This document shows, in pieces, positions 61,841 to 64,000 of a DNA stretch of 64,000 bases. The notes under the pieces were generated by a model. That model saw nothing but the letters and a program-made list of their open reading frames with translations. It did not search any database and had not been told where the DNA came from. Source of the DNA: Paraspadella gotoi (Eukaryota; Animalia; Chaetognatha); contig CM119266.1 of assembly GCA_051294375.1 (NCBI GenBank), positions 10,869,834 to 10,933,833 of the forward strand, read 5' to 3'. Position 1 is the first letter of the stretch. The number at the start of each line of letters is the position of its first letter. A program made the translations under genes and the position numbers.

Positions 61841-62181
61841 GGCTTTGGGCCGAAGTCGCGCCTGCGCTCCAAACGAGCGCCGCCCGTCAAAATCGTGGCG
61901 CCGAACAAAAAACGACTCGAAAAATAAACTTCGGTCGGAGCGAGGAAAAAAAATAAACAAGAAAAAAAGGAAACAAGAAAAAAAAAGAAAAACAAGAAAA
62001 AAAATAAACAAGAAAAAAAAAAGAAACAAGAAACAGCTGCGAAAACGAAACAAGAAAAAAAAAATCATGGTTCTCTTTTCACTGAGAAGGTTGTCACGGT
62101 TTTGAAAAAGCTCACACCCCTCTTTGCTCCAATCACTTTGCTGCACTCCACCATCCCTCAAACTCCACCACCCCCACGGCC

Positions 62182-63320
62182 ATGGTCTCCGACACTGGCG
62201 TCCGCGCGACCGAGACTTGGGTCCGCGAGCGCATCGAATTCCGTCGAGGCGATCCGGCCGACGTCCGCTCTTTAACCCTCAACGGGACATTCCAAGAGAA
62301 GATCGTCCAACTCGACGACGCGTTGGTGTCCTTCGTCAACCTCCGCGCCCTCGACCTCTCACGCAACGCCCTCGTCAGCCTCGGCGGTCTCGATCATCTC
62401 CTCCAGCTGGAGAAGCTCAACCTCTACTACAACAACATCGCCGAGTTCGAAGAGCTGGAGAGATTGAGGTCCAACCCGCGTCTCAAGGATCTCGACGTCC
62501 GTCTCAACCCCATCTGCCGACAGGACTCGGACTTTCGCCTGCACCTGATCGGCACCCTGCGCGGCCTGCAACGCCTGGACGACAGGACGGTTCGAGAGAG
62601 CGAGATCAAATTCGCGGCGTCGCAGTTCGGACGGAAGGAGGCGGAAGTCGACAACGCCAACGAATCCAGAGGCGCCCATTCGCCTCGAACAGTTCGTCGA
62701 CAACTCGCTCAACAAAATCCTCAACGTCCTCCAAAAAATCCCCCGGAGTCTCGCGAGATCCTTCCCGCCAAATCCATCGGCTCCGAAGAGCAGGCCATCT
62801 TGGACATGATCAGGGGAATGCACCTGCATACGGTGGAGCGGCCCGTCGAGGCGGCGCAGCGGTCGCCGTCTCGAGATGCTCGTCGACGCGACGCTGGCGT
62901 CTCCAACGGGGACTCCCTCGGCCTACATCATGCTGGAGACGCCGACGAATCGGAAGGCGCCAGTAGCGGCGCCAGCGACGATACGTGGCGGGAAAAAGAA
63001 GGAGGAGGAGGAGGCGCTGAAATGTTGAAAAGTCTTCGTGCGGCGGTTGAGGCGGCGCGGCAGAAGGACGTCAAAGAAGAAAGAGACTCCAAAGGCGTCG
63101 TCGTCGACGATGCAATGGAAAGAAGACGCGACGCCGCTTCCGCCTCCGTCTCCGCCTCAACCCGATCCTTTGACCGTCGTGGCGTCGATCTCGACGCTTC
63201 CCCCAACCGCTCGTCCACGAGACCATCTCCGACAAAGGACTCGTCCACTTTGAGAGGATTTCAACGAGAACCGGAATTAGGTTACGAAGCTGGGGACAAG
63301 AATCAAAGCCTCTATTACAG
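62182..63320 (+). CDS. CEP72: CEP72/LRRC36-family leucine-rich-repeat centrosomal (centriolar satellite) protein, coding exon 1
   Basis: GCCATGG Kozak context. The N-terminus DVRSLTLNGTFQEKIVQL..LRALDLSRNALVSLGGLDHLLQLEKLNLYYNNI..LDVRLNPI..DFRLHLIGTLRGLQRLDDRTVRESE matches the recalled CEP72 pattern (GTYQEKI, LDLSRN, LNLYYN, RLNP, LDDRxVR LRR-cap). The exon ends at CAG|GTAACA in phase 2. CEP72 vs LRRC36 orthology needs a tree. Confidence 0.9.
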
Positions 63321-63428
63321 GTAACAATGACAATAAAGAATTTTTGGTAAACTTTGTTAATGATAAATTTAGACTTTGTATATACTAAATTACTATTTAG
63401 CTTAACTTTAATGCTAAACTTCTCACAG
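63321..63428 (+). other. 108-bp spliceosomal intron
   Basis: GTAACA donor, AT-rich body, branch-like CTTAAC/CTAAAC, acceptor TTCTCACAG. Splicing joins AG+A and keeps the frame open. Confidence 0.82.
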
Positions 63429-64000
63429 AGAACCTTCCTTCACCCGCAATCCAACCTCCACCAGCGCCGATTATTCCTCGAGACCGGAAATCGTCGGCGA
63501 CGCCGCTTCCCAATCGACTCTAACGGCGCCGCTGACTTCAACGCCGTCCCGCGCCCGCGCCAGCCTCTCTCCGGGTTCCACCCGGCGCCTCCTCTTGCCT
63601 CCGATCAGCGAGATCGACATCGATTTTGATCTTCGCGACGCCGGATCCAAAACCGGCGCTGATTTCAGAACCGGCGCCAGGAGAAGCGCGCCGGAAGGGT
63701 TAGGCCGAGGTCCGGATGGATTTAGCGGAGCGCCGAGAGGTGGAGACGAGGACGGACTCGTGGCGAAGGCGAAGAAGATGCTGATGGATCAGGAAAGAGC
63801 GGAAACGCGAGACGAGGGTGTCGGCTTCGGCGTCGAAATCGGCGTCACTCCGCCCGCCCGAAACGCCTCGTCCGCCGCCAAAAACGCCCGCGACGCTTCT
63901 CCCTCTCTCCGCTCCGAAGAGACGCGTGTCAAGGCCGTCGAGACTTTGGCCTCCGTCGCCGCCGTCGTCGAAGAGGCCACGCCCAGTAAGGAACTCGCCC
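63429..64000 (+). CDS. CEP72: CEP72-like protein, coding exon 2 (runs off the window); Ser/Thr/Pro/Ala-rich, probably disordered
   Basis: In frame with exon 1 after splicing: (R)EPSFTRNPTSTSADYSSRPEIVGDAASQ...KAKKMLMDQERAETRDEG...VEEATPSKELA. No stop over ~190 codons and GC-rich coding-like composition. Absent from the ORF track because it has no stop in the window. Confidence 0.8.

Noticed and set aside
62124-63980. Overlapping alternative-frame and antisense ORFs (62124-62966, 62359-62829, 62928-63248, 63354-63629, 63789-63980)
   Set aside because: Shadow ORFs of a GC-rich coding region; the CEP72-like frame explains the sequence.

Overview
Eukaryotic (most likely animal) genomic scaffold that is almost entirely non-coding, CpG-rich and saturated with (GA)n/(TC)n, (GAC)n and poly-A tracts. 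The only well-supported gene is at the right edge: a CEP72/LRRC36-family LRR protein (+ strand). Exon 1 is 62182-63320, a 108-bp GT-AG intron follows, and exon 2 is open from 63429 to the window end, behind an ETS/E2F-type promoter. Nearly all other ORF-track entries are microsatellite or low-complexity translations. Much of the window is redundant: 821-7046 recurs at 8841-15202; ~18190-29770 recurs piecewise at 36194-54720 and, inverted, at 30160-36168; 57435-59628 recurs at 59632-61527. Indel-dominated noise, seven gaps of exactly 25 N, reverse-oriented gap flanks and random-looking patches point to long-read gap-filling artefacts joining two haplotypes rather than true segmental duplication. 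I found no convincing novel biological system. The best leads are an 8-box CCAAT cluster, a TC/GA-bracketed CCAAT-YY1-E2F promoter with no visible gene, a fold-back that turns at a (GA)n-loop-(TC)n hairpin, and several decayed short-period arrays.
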